Notes under the pieces: model-generated
Databases searched by the model: none
What the model saw: the letters and a program-made list of their open reading frames with translations, nothing else
What the model was told of the DNA's origin: nothing
Shown here: positions 36,901 to 49,500 of the stretch, one piece after another
How positions within the stretch are numbered: the stretch's first letter is position 1
Layout of the letters: every line of letters starts with the position of its first letter
Source: Lama guanicoe
Lineage: Eukaryota
Direction: 5' to 3'
NCBI GenBank assembly: GCA_013239625.1
Contig: MU056898.1
Span: 1,207,717-1,271,716, forward strand
Length of the DNA: 64,000 bases
Position numbers and translations under genes: made by a program

Positions 36901-39839
36901 ACTTGTGAAGGATAGGCTGTGTCCACTGGTCAGGGATCAGCCCCTCCAGGCACTCAGGGCGTGGTGCCCGCCGTCCTGGGCTGCCCCACCCAGGGGGTGT
37001 CCCGAGGGCCGGGCGCCTGCTCGCTCACCTTTCCCCTCAGTCGTCTCGTCCGGGATGGAGACTTGTTAAGCGCCTGGAGGAGGTGAAGGCAGAAGCCTGG
37101 CACGGCTGATGCTGGAGAAGCCGTGGCCGCTGGGACCTTGTTGGAGAAGGGGGTCCCCCGGGGGTCCTGGGGCCTGGCTGCCCCGTGCACTCGCCCAGGG
37201 GGTCGCTGGCAGCTCTCCACAGGGGAGGGTGCTCCTTTGCACGCTCGGGAGGTGCTTGTTGGAGACACGTGGGCGAGGGGGTTGGGTGGGGACTGGAAGC
37301 AGGGGCAGGACATCTGAGCAGTGGGTCCCCTGGCCACCCCGGGGGAGGACAGCGGGGCTGGGGGCAAGTCCTTGTTGCTCCAGAGACAGATCGTCCTGGG
37401 TCTCGCGTGCCCACAGGGCAAGGAGATGGTCCTCAGCTTGTCAGCCAGGCCCTGATGGTGTCCTGCAGGCGCAGGGGAGGGTGGGTCTCAGCCTCGCTCC
37501 CTCTGCCTGCCCGGTGCTGAAGCAGGGCCACGGGCCTTCTCTGGGTGTTGCCTGGCGTCGCTGCTCATCGTGTTCCCTCTGGTGATTTCCGCTGAGAGAA
37601 CGCCACACCCTTTGGGGGAGGGGTGTGAGCAGGGCAGGCTCCCTCCCTCCGGCTGGCCTGGCCCAGGCCGGGCCGCCCGCCTCTGGAGGCACCTCAGGAG
37701 CAGGTTCTGTGCGGACCTGCAGGGTCTGGGACCCGCCTGTGGGCCATGCCGTCGGGCAGGGGTTAGAGCTTGTCCGTGTCTCCATCCCGTCGTATCTGCT
37801 GTGAAGAGTTGAGGTGCCCGGAGCGGGAGCCCCAGAGCCTCCTTATTGACATGCCGCTGCGCACGGAGGTGCCCACGGAGCTGTGGCTGGCAGAGGGCGG
37901 GGCGCCGCGGGGCGGGATGGTGGGCAGCGCGCCCTCTGACCCTGGGCAGTCAGGGCCCCCTCCTGTGGGCGCAGAACCGCCTCGCAGGGCCGCCCCTCCT
38001 CAGAGGTGTCGAGCACCGAGAACGTGGAGGCCTGAGTGGGCATGGAGGGGCTGTGTGGCCGCCCACTGATAAGGGACCAAGGCCTCTGCCGGCCAGCGGA
38101 CCAGGCGGATGAACGGGCTGGTGTTCAGGGACTGAGCTGGTAATTACACTTGACCACTAGTGCCATCCATCGTGGACGGTGGCAGCTCGCCCCGTGGGAG
38201 CCAGTGAGGAAGGCCGGGAAAGGCCGTTTGTCACCCTGATGAATCAGGGGTCGGGCTTGGGGCCAGCGCTGGGCAGACTTTCCCAGGTGGCCAAGCCAGG
38301 AACCCAGGGCAGCCACACCTCCCTACTCAGCCACAATGCAGGAGGCAGGCCAGCCCAGGGCTCTGCACTGGTCCCCGCCTGGCCGCCACGGTTGGCCTGG
38401 ATGGCAGGGACCCAGGACCTCAGGAAGGAGGGGACCCTCTCTGCTCGGCCGGAAATACTGGGGCCCTAGAGCCCCTGGGCGCCTGCCACACGCTCCCCAC
38501 TGGATCCCGCGGGAGCCCACGACACACAGAGCGGGAGACCTCAGTGGACATTTGTCCAGCGGATACTGGCCACCGCTGTGCTCTTGCCACCAGGCCTCTC
38601 CACCCTCCTTCCCAGAATCCCGGGGCCGCCACAGCCGCCACCACAAGCGGTGCCCCGCTCAGCCCCAGGCCCAGCTTCCAGGGGGCCAGTCTGCCCACTG
38701 CTGCTGCTCATCCAGGGACAACAGGACGTGCTGGAGCCTCGGTGACAAAGTGGCCTTGCGAGGTGGTGGGCACCCACCAGGGCATAGCAAAAGCAGTGTC
38801 CCCACCATTAGCAGAAGGTGGCAGTCTGGACAAACCCAGGGTCCCTTCTATCACCAGACCTCCATGTGCCTGGGGTCCCCCCGCCCATTTGCCCCTTGGA
38901 CCCCACGCATCCTTGGAGTCTCAGCCCCAGTACTGCTTCCCCGGGGCTGGGTCTCCCTGCGCCTTGAGGGCCCTGCCTCTCCCCACCAAGGTCACCGTGC
39001 TGGCTTTGCTCCCGCCTGGGATCTGGGATCTGGCAGGTGCTCGGTGCCTGTGGCTGGCTGGCGGGCGGGGCACGTGGGTGGGCGCACGTGTGGACTGGAA
39101 GGAATCCCGCCTCTGGGGGCGCTCCCTCCAGGGGGCGGGGACCTGCAGCGCTGGGACCCTAGCCCCACTCCTGCCTCCTCTGTGTCCCTGTGCGGTGACA
39201 GGCCAGGAGCCGCGCCAGAGTCACCGGGAGCCCACCGCAGACACCGGTGATTGAGCGCCGTGATTACCTCCTAACGCCGTGCCTCACAAAGCTTTTTATT
39301 AGATTCCCTTCCCTTCCAAATGCTCTTTGGAAATAAACACCTGGGGCTGTTAGACCTTATACCACTCAGTTTAATTAACTTTTAAATCACGTAATGTCAC
39401 CGACCGCTCTCAAATGTCATTCTCTGGGCCAGGATGGGGGAGCCAAGGACCCCTGCCCCCAACCCCTGCGAGGCCCTCCCAGCCCATGGACATGGGACCG
39501 TCCACACACAGCACAAGCCCCAGGCCTCCTTGCTGCAGGAGCGGGGGTGCTGCCCTCCAGCCCCGGTCAGACGAGTGCGTGAGAGGACGGACAGACGGGT
39601 GTGTGGGGCGCGGCCTCTCGAGTCGCCTCCACATAGAGCAGGTCTGGGGGCACCTCCAGGTGTCCGCCTGGCTGTCCAGCTCTGTCCCTGCGCGCCGCGT
39701 CCCTGGCACCCAGTGGCAGCAATGTGGCCTCTCCCGCCTCCATGCCGGTCGCCGAGGGCTCTCAGGCTTTGTGAAGAGGGTCCTCTGCGCCGTGCCCTGG
39801 GGTGTGGGGGGTTCAGGCCCCTGGGAGCACTGAGCTCTG

Positions 39840-40030
39840 CGGGACACCGTCCTGGGCTTTGCTCAGTGCACGTCCGCCTGGCTTTAGTCCTGGCTCTGCA
39901 CGCTGGTCTAGTTTGGGTTGGTAATTTATGATTTGCCAGGAAATTGTCCATCTCTTCCAAGTTTTCAGGTCAGTGATCTGACCCCCGACCCCTTGAAAGC
40001 TCTTGCCTCTGGCTCTGGTCATATCTGACT
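39840..40030 (-). mobile_element. L1 ORF2 relic, antisense
   Basis: Minus-strand translation MEEMDNFLANHKLP matches L1 ORF2p LEEMDKFL..YNLP. May extend further on both sides. Confidence 0.7.
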
Positions 40031-42772
40031 GTGATGCTGGTTCGGGGGGTTTGCAGGGGCTACAGCTCACCGTGTGCGGGCATCTTCCATCGACAAGGTG
40101 GGCGCCAGAGACACCCAGGCTCCAGCAACACTCTCCCCGCTGGCAGGGATGAGGTGGAGTCGGGCTGCGTGCCTGCAGGGTGTCCATGATCTGTGCACTG
40201 GGACCCAGTGAGAGGTCGTCCTTGGTGCCCCTGCTGGCCCTGCCAGCCTGAGAAGCCTCTGATTCAGGAACACAGGCACCCTGGCCGTTTCCTGGAGCAG
40301 CTGGGGGTCTGTCCTGGGAGGTGGGGAGGAGGGAGGTCACTGTCCACAGATGTTCCAGAGCAGGGGGACTTGGGTAACGGGACCAAGGTATGTTCGCGCG
40401 GAAGAGCAGAGCTCTCATGATGGGTAGCCTCCCCCTCTCCACCAGCCTCACATGGTCCTTAAACGAGGGAGTCCCTGTGACAAGGGGCACCTGTGCCACT
40501 CTCCTGCGCGGGGTTGCGCTGCCAACAGCGTGGCACCTGTGAGTGATTTACCTGCACGAATGGCCCCCAGTGCTGGGCGGACGCAGCCCCACATGGACGC
40601 AGTACTTACATGGGTGTGAGCCCGTGTGTGCGGCGTGGCCCAGGCCTCCAGCAGGGATCACGCGGACCCCGTCTCTGGGCCGGCTCAGGAGGGTCTGTCC
40701 TGGGAGCAAATTCTGCTGCACCTTCCCACTCTCAGGGAGGGGCCTGTGGGGCTGCTGGGAGGGGGCTCAGCGCGGCTCAGGGCTGAGTGTCGGATCCCAG
40801 AACCCTCCAGCGTGCTCTGCGCAGGGCGGCCCCTCGTGACTTGGAGTCAGAGAGGCCCCCACCCGCTTCCCCAAAGCTCCCTGGACAACCAGGTGCGCAG
40901 GGTCACCCCCCACCGCTGCAGGCCCCCGGGCCCCGCCACGCACGGCCTCTGCCGGCGCTGGCTACCCGGCCTGCTTCTCCAGACAGAACGGCTCCGGCAG
41001 CCCGGCACACGTGGGTGTGCCCTTGTGTCCCGAGAGAAAGTCGCTGCTTACTCAACGGAAAAGGCAGGCAAAGTCAGGAAGGTACGTGGCCTTCAAACAG
41101 CCCCAAAGAGAGTGATTTCCCTTTCCCAGGACAGAAAGCAGCCTTGGGACCTTTAAAAAGTCATTTCCGAAATTAAATCACAGAAAGGTACCTGCCGGAT
41201 GGGAGGAGATTATTTGTATTCCATTCTCGGGGCCAAGGAGCAAATCGACTGCAGAATATGTTTTGAAATTTCCTTTTGTGAGTGAACGTGGTCAATGAAA
41301 ATGCAGAGCTATCAGCAGGACGTGAAATCTCCGGCTGCAAGAAGAGGAAAATCCCGTGATATAATTCAAACCCCGCGAGCGGGGCTGAGAGCAGGGAGCA
41401 GCCTCGCGCAGGCTGAGGTGCTGATGAAACGGAAAGTGCACTTCACACGTTCTGCACACGCAAATTGCATCAGTCGGAGCATCTTTTGCAGAGAATGAAG
41501 CACTTCCTCCCTTTTGCTGTCATTCTCTGGGGCGGGAGCTGCGGGCAGGGAAGCCGTGCCCGGGGCGGGGTGGGGGGGGGACGAGGTGGGGCGGGACCGC
41601 GGCGCGTGCGGTGAGCACACAGCGTCTCCTTCCCAAGGCCGAGGCTGGAGCGGGGGTTGGGGGCTCGGCCCTGCTGCTTCCAGCTGCCTCTTTGACCTGG
41701 GGGGCTCTGGGCTCAGATGACCCACCAGACACAGGCAGCCACTGGCTGGTGCTTATCCTCTGCCGGACGCTCTGTGGGGTCCCAGCCGCTGGAGGACATC
41801 TGGGTGCCAGTGACTTGCTGGGGTTGGCGGGAATTCCTTTGGTAGCTTTGGCGTCACCCATCCTGGCGGTGAGATGCCATCCAGCCAGGGCAGAGCGCAC
41901 CCGCCCCCTCTGTGCCCTGACCTGCCTGGAAGTCACCAGCCTTTGTGGAGCTGGGGGAAGGGCAGTGAGGCGGTCACCTGGTGTCGGCTCAGAGCCCCTG
42001 AGGACGTGCCTGGCGTCGAGAAGTTCCCAGAGCCCACAGCAGAGGGCACGCAGCTGTGTCCTCCCCCATCACCCCTGCTCCCGTGGCCTGGGCACCGCTC
42101 AGGCTCCCCCAGCCGTCCAGCCCCTGGGAGGACCCATCCTGGCGCCAGCGTGGGGCTCCTGCCGGATCTGGAGGGAGCTGCAGTAGGGCCAGTGTGTGTC
42201 CTGTGTCACCCAACCCTTCCTCTGCATCCAGGGAAAGGTCGCTGTTGGGAAGGCATGGGCCCCTGGCCAGACCGGAGCCCCCATGGCACGAGGCCCCCCG
42301 TGCCAGCGCCTGCCTCCGCGGGGCCTCGTGGAAGCTCTTTGGGGGACTGGCTGTCGCCCTCGTGGCCTCTCGCCAGCCCCACTGACGTCCAGTCGGACCA
42401 CAGACTGAGTCCTGCAGGGGTGCGAGCCTGCAGTGCCACAGGCCCCCGCAGAGGCACGTGCACCCAGCACTCTGACAGGACGTGGACTCGAGCGTGGCCC
42501 GTGGCACGTGGCTCAGCCACACCAGCCAGATGCATCCGAAATTGTGGCTCTTCCCGTTGCCTTTTCCATCGCAGTGAAACCGCGCTGGTTGGCGTGAATC
42601 TTCCAGCCGCAGGCTTTGCTCGCCGCTGTCACGCCTGTCCCTTTGCATGTGTGTGCTCCGTCCTTGCCGAAAGCCAGACCTCCTGGGTCCCTCTCCCATG
42701 GCCGCAGGATGGCGGTACCTGGGACCGGCGGGTGCGGAGCCTGGAGGGAGGTTTCAGACGCTGGTTCGCGCT

Positions 42773-42801
42773 GGGACAGGACGGGACAGGACGGGACAGG
42801 G
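42773..42801 (+). repeat. (GGGACAGGAC)n decamer tandem, about 3 copies
   Basis: gggacaggacgggacaggacgggacaggg. Confidence 0.8.
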
Positions 42802-43066
42802 CTGGGGTGAGGACACAGCTGTTCCTAAAATGGGCTCCTGGACATCTCTCCGAGAAGGCCCGACCTGACCAAACCTGCCGCTTTAGAAGCGAGTCTGTGG
42901 CCCAGGTCTTCACACCCACCTTTGGCTTTGATTCCTTATTAGCAAAAACCGCAGGAGGAACCGTGCATTTCAGCCATGAGATGTTTTAATTGCACCTTAA
43001 AATAGAATTGCAATAAAAAATGGTAAACTGTGACCAACCAGTTGTGTTTAAGGGAGCCCCCAGCAC

Positions 43067-43086
43067 AGGCAGGCAGGCAGGCAGGC
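43067..43086 (+). repeat. (AGGC)n tetramer repeat
   Basis: aggcaggcaggcaggcaggc. Confidence 0.8.
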
Positions 43087-43974
43087 CGGCCAAGTCTGCC
43101 TGCCACCGAGCCGCAGCCCTCAGAAGGGCCTCCCAGACCCTCTCCCAAGCTCAGCCCGCTGTGCAGGCCAAGTTCTGTCCGGATCCTGAAGACGAGAGGG
43201 AAGGGGGTCCCCTGTTGGGTGGACTTAATCGCCCATCAGAGGGAATCTCTAGGTTCTCCCAGGAACCAGTGGGAAGGGCCCACCTCCCTGTAGTGCCAGA
43301 GGGGTGTGGGCAGCTAGCAGGTGGCCACACCCTGACCGCAAAGGACCTTGAATTGTCCCTAGAGGTTCCTGTGCGGCCCCAACGGAGAACAAAGAGGCTC
43401 GCTCCCCTGGCCGCCCTGCGGAGCCTGTGCACGCTCCAGGGCACAGAGATTGGCAGGCAGGGAACCGCCTCACCCCGGCACCCAACGCCTCCAGCTTGGG
43501 GTTCAAACAAACTAATTCTGTCCCCTGAGTCAGCTTCGGACCTCAGCCACATGGAGGGCAGAGGTGGACGCAGCCTTTTAACCCTCACACACCCTGCTCT
43601 GCCCTCCTGGCTCCTGACCCTCCTGTTCGCAGGGCGAGCGAGGGAGGAGAGGGGGTGGGTTGGAGGCCAGGAGACGCACACTGAGGCTCTAAGACCTGCC
43701 GCGGGGCGTGTGGGAACGGGAGCCCGAGGAGGGGCAGGCCCGTCCTGGGGGGCCGGGGGAAGCAGCCAGTTCTGGTTCCCTTCCCGCTTTGAGAACCTGT
43801 GATTTAGCTCCTGAGTGGGGAGCAGAGCCGGCCCAAGGCAGGGATGACTGGACGGCGAATCGCCTCCGGCCTCGCAGGCTGGGGCCTCCCCAGGGCCGCG
43901 GGGGCTGCAGCCGCACGGAAGCCCGGGGCTCAGGTGGGCAGGCGGGGGTGGAATCTGTTGCCACTTCCTCTCTC

Positions 43975-44110
43975 GCTTAATTACTGGCGTGGCAGTTGCA
44001 GAGTTGAAATGGAGCTTAAAAAGCCTTTGTGAGTAATTAGTGTCAAAAACACAAGATCTACAAAGCCATAAACTCGCGGCTCGGCGTTGTTACCAAGCGC
44101 TAATTAAAAA
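43975..44110. promoter_or_regulatory. Candidate intronic enhancer (homeodomain/SOX/TALE motif cluster)
   Basis: TAATTA at 43978, 44034 and 44101; TGTCA at 44041; CTTTGT at 44025 and ACAAAG at 44060. Non-repetitive AT-rich island. Confidence 0.45.
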
Positions 44111-45399
44111 GGAAGAAGGAAGGCTCGCTTTCGTGATCAGGGCTTCAGGCCTGGCAGAGAGGAAGACGAGGCAGCGTGCAGACGCCGTGGTGCTGGGGCC
44201 CGGGACGCCCCCGGGCCTGGCTCCCCGCGCCCTGTGCCGGGCACACCTGCGGTCCCCAGCAGGGACGAGGATCCCCAGCGCGGGCCGCGCCAGCTCCCGC
44301 GGGCCATCACGTGCCTGAGATGAGGATGGAACCCCACTGGGAAGCAGTGTCCCTCTGGGGACGGCCACTCGGCAGCCAGAGGCCTGTGAGCCCCACTCTG
44401 TGAGCCCCGCGTGCTCACCGCTGCTGGCGTCAGGTCTGTCCGAGGCTCCACCCCCTCCAGGCCTGGGGACAGGTCAGGCGGAGCCGAATTCACTTCTCTT
44501 CAGCCCGGCCTGTTGGTTGGCTGAGAACTGGATAGAAATCAAGGTGCCATCAGGGCAACTGTCCTGAAGCTCAGGAGGGAAGTGGGTTCTTACTGTGAGG
44601 GACAGAGGCGCCCTGACCGCCGGTGCTCAGGCCAGCAGGAGGGCAGGCATCTCCTGGATGCACCCTGACCCGCTCAGACAGCAGACCCCTGCCCGCCCCT
44701 GCTGTGCGTGGCTGCAGAGGTGGACCTTCCGAAGGTCCAGCCAGTCACAGGGACACTCTTAACCCAGAGCCAGCAGCCTGTGCCCAGCACAGAAGCACCA
44801 CCACCGATGGCGTCGGCACGTGGGCACCACCGGGACCCGACTCACTGCACCCGGAGGGGCCAGGCTCACAGGGGCAGCCCTGTGGCGTCCACGTCCACAC
44901 CCAGTGAGGGCGGAGGCCGCAGCCCGGGCCGACCTCCCTGCCGGCCAGCCCTGCCTCGTCTACTCTCGGTGCTCCCGGGACCGTGGGCTCCTTACGGCTG
45001 GGCCTGGACCCGCCCCGCCGTCCTCGTACTGCAGATCTAGTGCAGGATGTGGCATTGGGGTCCGGCAGCAGTGGCGGGAAGCAGCTTGGGTACAGCGAGG
45101 AGAGAGCCCCCATCCCGCCCAGGCCCTCCTCTGTCCCGGAGGGAGAGCCGTGGCTGCAGGGTCACCGTATCGGAGATGCGTGCTGCTGCTGCGGGCAGAA
45201 ACGGACCCCCCAGCCGCCCTGAACACTGCGGTGTGTCTCCCAGGCCTCACGGTTGCGCAGAGGAGGCCAGGGGGCCCCTGGGAGGTGGCGGGGGGCCAGG
45301 CCCGCAGCGGGGGTGGGGGCGCATCCACGGGCCGTCTGGGTGCCAGCACCGCCCTCCCCAGTGGCCTTCACCGTTGTTCTTCTCCAGAGTTGCTTGGGG

Positions 45400-48300
45400 G
45401 CAGCCCAGGCTCTTGGCATTTCCGGGTTAACATTGGACTCAGCTGTCACCTTCTACAGTGAGAGCCTCTGGGATTTTGACTCGGATACACTGAAGTGGCG
45501 GATCCTGGGGGAGAACCGCCCTGTAGCAGCCGGAGCCTTGCAGCCCCGGCGTCTCTCCCGCAGGCGCTCGTTTCAGGACAGGTATCTCACACCTTCCGCC
45601 AGACCGTCCCTCCGTGCTCCGCGTTTCGATGCCATTGTAAGTTGTTTCTTACTTTTAACTTCTCTTTGTGGCTAGTGGGTAAGAACAGTTGGTTGCTGTG
45701 TAGCCATTTTCTATCTGAGCGCCTGCTGACCTCACGTACTGACTCTGGGAGCTTCCTAATGTGCTGCCGGCTTCGCTGCAGAGACGGGGTGTGACCTGAG
45801 AGTGCAGCCTGTCCACGCTGGGCCGCTTGCTTTCCTCTTCCTGCCTTAGTCCTGGCTAGCACCTCCAGGACAGCGCTGGACAGAGGTGGCGAGAGGGGAC
45901 ACATCCAGCCTCAAGCCGCTGAGTGTGGTGCCAGCTGTGGGTCAGTCAGAGATGCCTTCACGTGCTCAGGGAGCTCTGCTCTAATCCCTCTTCGCCGAGG
46001 ATTTTTTTCAGGAATGCGTGCTGGGCTTGGTCGGTTGCTTGGTCTGCGTCTGTTGAGACCATCTGAAGAGATTTTCTTCTCCACTTTGTTAGTACGTTGC
46101 AGCGCTTTGGTTTTCTAAAGGCAAACCAGCCTGCACGCTGGGGGCGGGCCCCACTCGCAGCACCTTTCTCGCATGTTATTGCACATGCATTGCTTCCCTC
46201 CTGCTTTGTGTGGAATCTCGCATGTTTTCCCGAGGACCGCTGGGCTGTGACTTCCTCGCAGCAGCGCTGTCTGATCGTGGTGTCGTGGCGATGCTTGTCT
46301 CAGAAGCAGTTGGAATTAGTCAGTTAATTGATTGATCTGACCGGTTTATTAATTTTATTACCCTTCTGAAAGAAACCACTTTTGGTTTCATTTTTTCCCA
46401 ATATTTTTCTGTTCCCTGTTTCACTGATTTCTGGTCTGATCTTCAGAGAAATGCTCTCTTTCTTGTGCTTGCTTTGGGTCTAGTGGACCCTCATTTTAGT
46501 TTCTTAAGGTGGAAGCTAAAGTCTTGATTTAACTTCTCCTGCTTTTCGAATGCAGACGTTCAGTGCTGTAAATTCCCCCCAAGGTCGGCTCTGGTGGTGT
46601 CCCTCAAATGCTGATGCTTTGTTTTTTGTCTTCCTTCTGCTGCAAGCACTGTGACCTTCTGACTCCGTCTTTGACCCACCGGCTGTTTAGAAGTATGTCA
46701 CGAAGTTTGCAAATACTTTGAAATTCCCTGATGTCTTTCTGTTCTTTGCTTCCGATTTAACTTCTCTGTGGTCAGAGACATGCTTTGTACAACGTGAATC
46801 CTTTTAAACACGCTGGGGTTTGTTTTAAGGTCCAGAATGCTGTCCGTGTAGGTAAATGTGCCTGGAAGTCGTTCGCATTCGGCTAGGGTCCACGCCAGGC
46901 GTCCGGTCAGGGTTGTTTCTGGCTGTACTGTCAAGTCTTCTATATCCTTGTGGGTTTTCTGCCTTTTGTTTCATCCGCTGACAGAGGGCTGCTGAAATCT
47001 CCGACTGTAACTGTGGAGTTGTCTCTTCCCTCCTGCATCTCTGCTGGTTTTTATTTCGGGTGTAAATTAACTCCTCTCTTGTTTAGAAATGACGTTCACC
47101 CTCGGTAGCATTCTTTGTTCGGACGTCTGTCCTGGGCGGTGTTCCTGTGGCCACCCCGGCCTTGGCTTCTGTTACTGTGGTGTATCTGTTCATTCTCTTT
47201 CTTTTTCACGGCCGTCGGGCCTCGCGTGTGCGTCTGGTCTGACTGCCTCCGTCGTCTTCACGGGGCTCTGTAGCCTGTTTACGTCTAAGCTGGCTCCTCC
47301 CTGATGGGGGTCCTGCTTCGCCCCGTCACTTCTTTCCGGTTCGTCCCCTCCTTCGTTCTCTTCTTTCTTCTTTTGATGAGCGAATAACTTGTACGGAGCC
47401 ACGTGTCTCCTTTGACTTGTTGGCTGTGTCTCCATCATGCTCCGCAGATTGCGTTGGGACTTAGTGTCCGTCCTACGGCGGTCGCCGTCGAGTGGCGCAA
47501 CGCCGTTCACGGAGGCGGCGCCAACCTCGGGCTCTTTCGCTTTACCCCTCCCAGTTCCCCCCTCCCTGCCTCGGGCGTCTCCTTGAAACGTGTTTTACTT
47601 ACACACGTCTTTTGGACTTCATCATACACTGCTACCGTTTTTGTTTAAATAGTCAACTACTTTTTAAAGAGATTTGAACAGTACTTCAACTTTTTCACGT
47701 GTTTTATGCGCAGCCACCACCTCCTCGTCTGTTTGAAGGGATGAGACGCGCTTCACTCGTTTGTGTGCGTCCGTATTTCCACCTTCATCTTCCTCCTCTG
47801 CGAAGGGCTTCCTTCACGATGGCTTCCTCAGGTCCAGCGTGTCTGGAGGCGTCTTCATTCCCACCGGGTGCACAGCTGTAGGTTGACGCGTTTTGTTTGG
47901 CGGTGGTTCCACCGCTGCCTGGCTTGCATCCTCTCCCGTGGGAAGTCTGCCGCCGGCCCTCCTCGCTCCTCTGCGCACGTGTCTGTTTCTCTGGCTGCTT
48001 TAAAATGTTTAATTACTGGTTTCCAGTGATCTGATTACCATGTACTTTGGTGTCATTCTCCTCATCTGTTTTTCGTGCTTGGGGTTCATTGAACTTCTGG
48101 GGTCTGCTGGTCTATCGTCGTTATCACATTTCAGATGTTTTGGGCTGTAACTTTTTCCACGTGTTTCTCCCCGTCCTCCTACGTTGGTAATCTGTCACTG
48201 AATAACAGGTTCCCCCAGCTCAGGGGCGCAGTTTCCAAAGGCCAGGAATCAAGTGCGCTTGGCCCGGCCCCTCCTCGTGGCCCCCCACAGGCTGCGGTCA

Positions 48301-49500
48301 GGCTGTCGGCCAGAGCCGCGGTCACTTCACGTCCCTCCTGGGAGAGGATCGGCTCCCGAGTTCACTCGCGTGGGTGTGGGCAGCACTCAGTTCCTCGTCA
48401 CGTGGACGGGTCACGGCATGGCGTCTGGATCCCTTGGAGGCCAGGACCAGAGAGTGAGAGCAGGACAGTCACCGCCCATCATCTCGCCGCCCGTGTGAAC
48501 CACGCTCTAGGGCAGTGGTCTGTGCGGGTGCGACGGCCAGGAGGCAGGGTCACCGGCAGCCGCCGGCACACGCATCCCTGCCCCTCCATCAGGCTCAGGT
48601 GTGTTCGGTGCGACCGCGCGGCCCGCGGCCCACTCCCGCCCTCCTCCTCCCCGTCCGTCCCGAGTGGCGTCTGCTGCTGGGTTTCCAGGCTCCCTGACCT
48701 GCCGTGAGTCCCTCCCCGGACACTCGCACCTCGTGCGCCATCACCTTCGCCTTTAGAAGTCCGACTTCACTCTCATTTGTGTCTTTTAAATCTTCAACTT
48801 TTTGAACACGTGGAATAAAGTTGTAATAACTGGTTGACTGTCGTCTGCCGACTCTCATGTCGGAGTCAGTTCTGGGCCAGTGTCAGTTCACTGGCTTTTC
48901 TCTCCAGCGGGAACCGCGTTCTCCTGGGTTTTGTGCGCCTGTCATCCGTGGTGGGCGCCGGGCACGGTGAGCTTCTGCTGCTGGGGGCTGGGTGTTTTCG
49001 CCTTCCCGTGACTCTTCCTGAGCCTGTTCAGGGCTGCAGGTAATTACTTGGAAACTCTGTACTTCCTTCAGGTCTTGATCTGGGTTTGTGAGCAGGACCA
49101 GAGCAGCAGGTGGTTGAGGATGAGCCGGGCCCCACCCCCGGCAGCCCGCAGCCTGAGCCCCGTGACGACGGAGCTCGCCCGCGTGGCTGTGGGCACAGGC
49201 GCCGCTTCAGCCGTGTGGGCGGGGCCCGCCGTCCTCCTTGCGGGTGGCTTTTCAGGGTCTCAGGTGATCTCTCGCACTCGTGTGCTGGCCGGGGCTCTGC
49301 CGAGGACTCGGGGGCCCTCCGCTCCGTCTCTCCTGCAGGCGCGGCCCTCTCCCGCACCCTCTGCCACTTGGGTCCCCCCAGACGCTCAGCTCAGAGAGCC
49401 GCCGGCTCTGCCGGGGCCGCTCCCTCACTGCGCCCAGAGAACCTCTGGACGGGCTTGCTGCCTGTCTCCGGGGGCCCTGGCCCCTCCACTGCCCCTCTTC
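45400..49500 (-). mobile_element. Long ancient L1M (ORF2 through ORF1/5' region), antisense, interrupted by MLT1
   Basis: T-rich antisense L1 tracts: gtttcttaaggtggaagcta, ctgctgaaatctccgactgtaactgtggagttgtct, gcttggggttcattgaacttctgg. Confidence 0.78.
48185..48575 (-). mobile_element. MaLR LTR, MLT1F/G-like, nested in L1
   Basis: ggctgcggtcaggctgtcggccagagccgcggtca...gttcactcgcgtgggtgtgggcagcactcagttcctcgtcacgtgg...ccaggaggcagggtcacc matches antisense MLT1F. Confidence 0.65.

Noticed and set aside
45855-45878. REST/RE1-like ctagcacctccaggacagcgct
   Set aside because: Non-canonical half-site spacing, and it lies within an L1 relic. Likely a chance product of GC drift.
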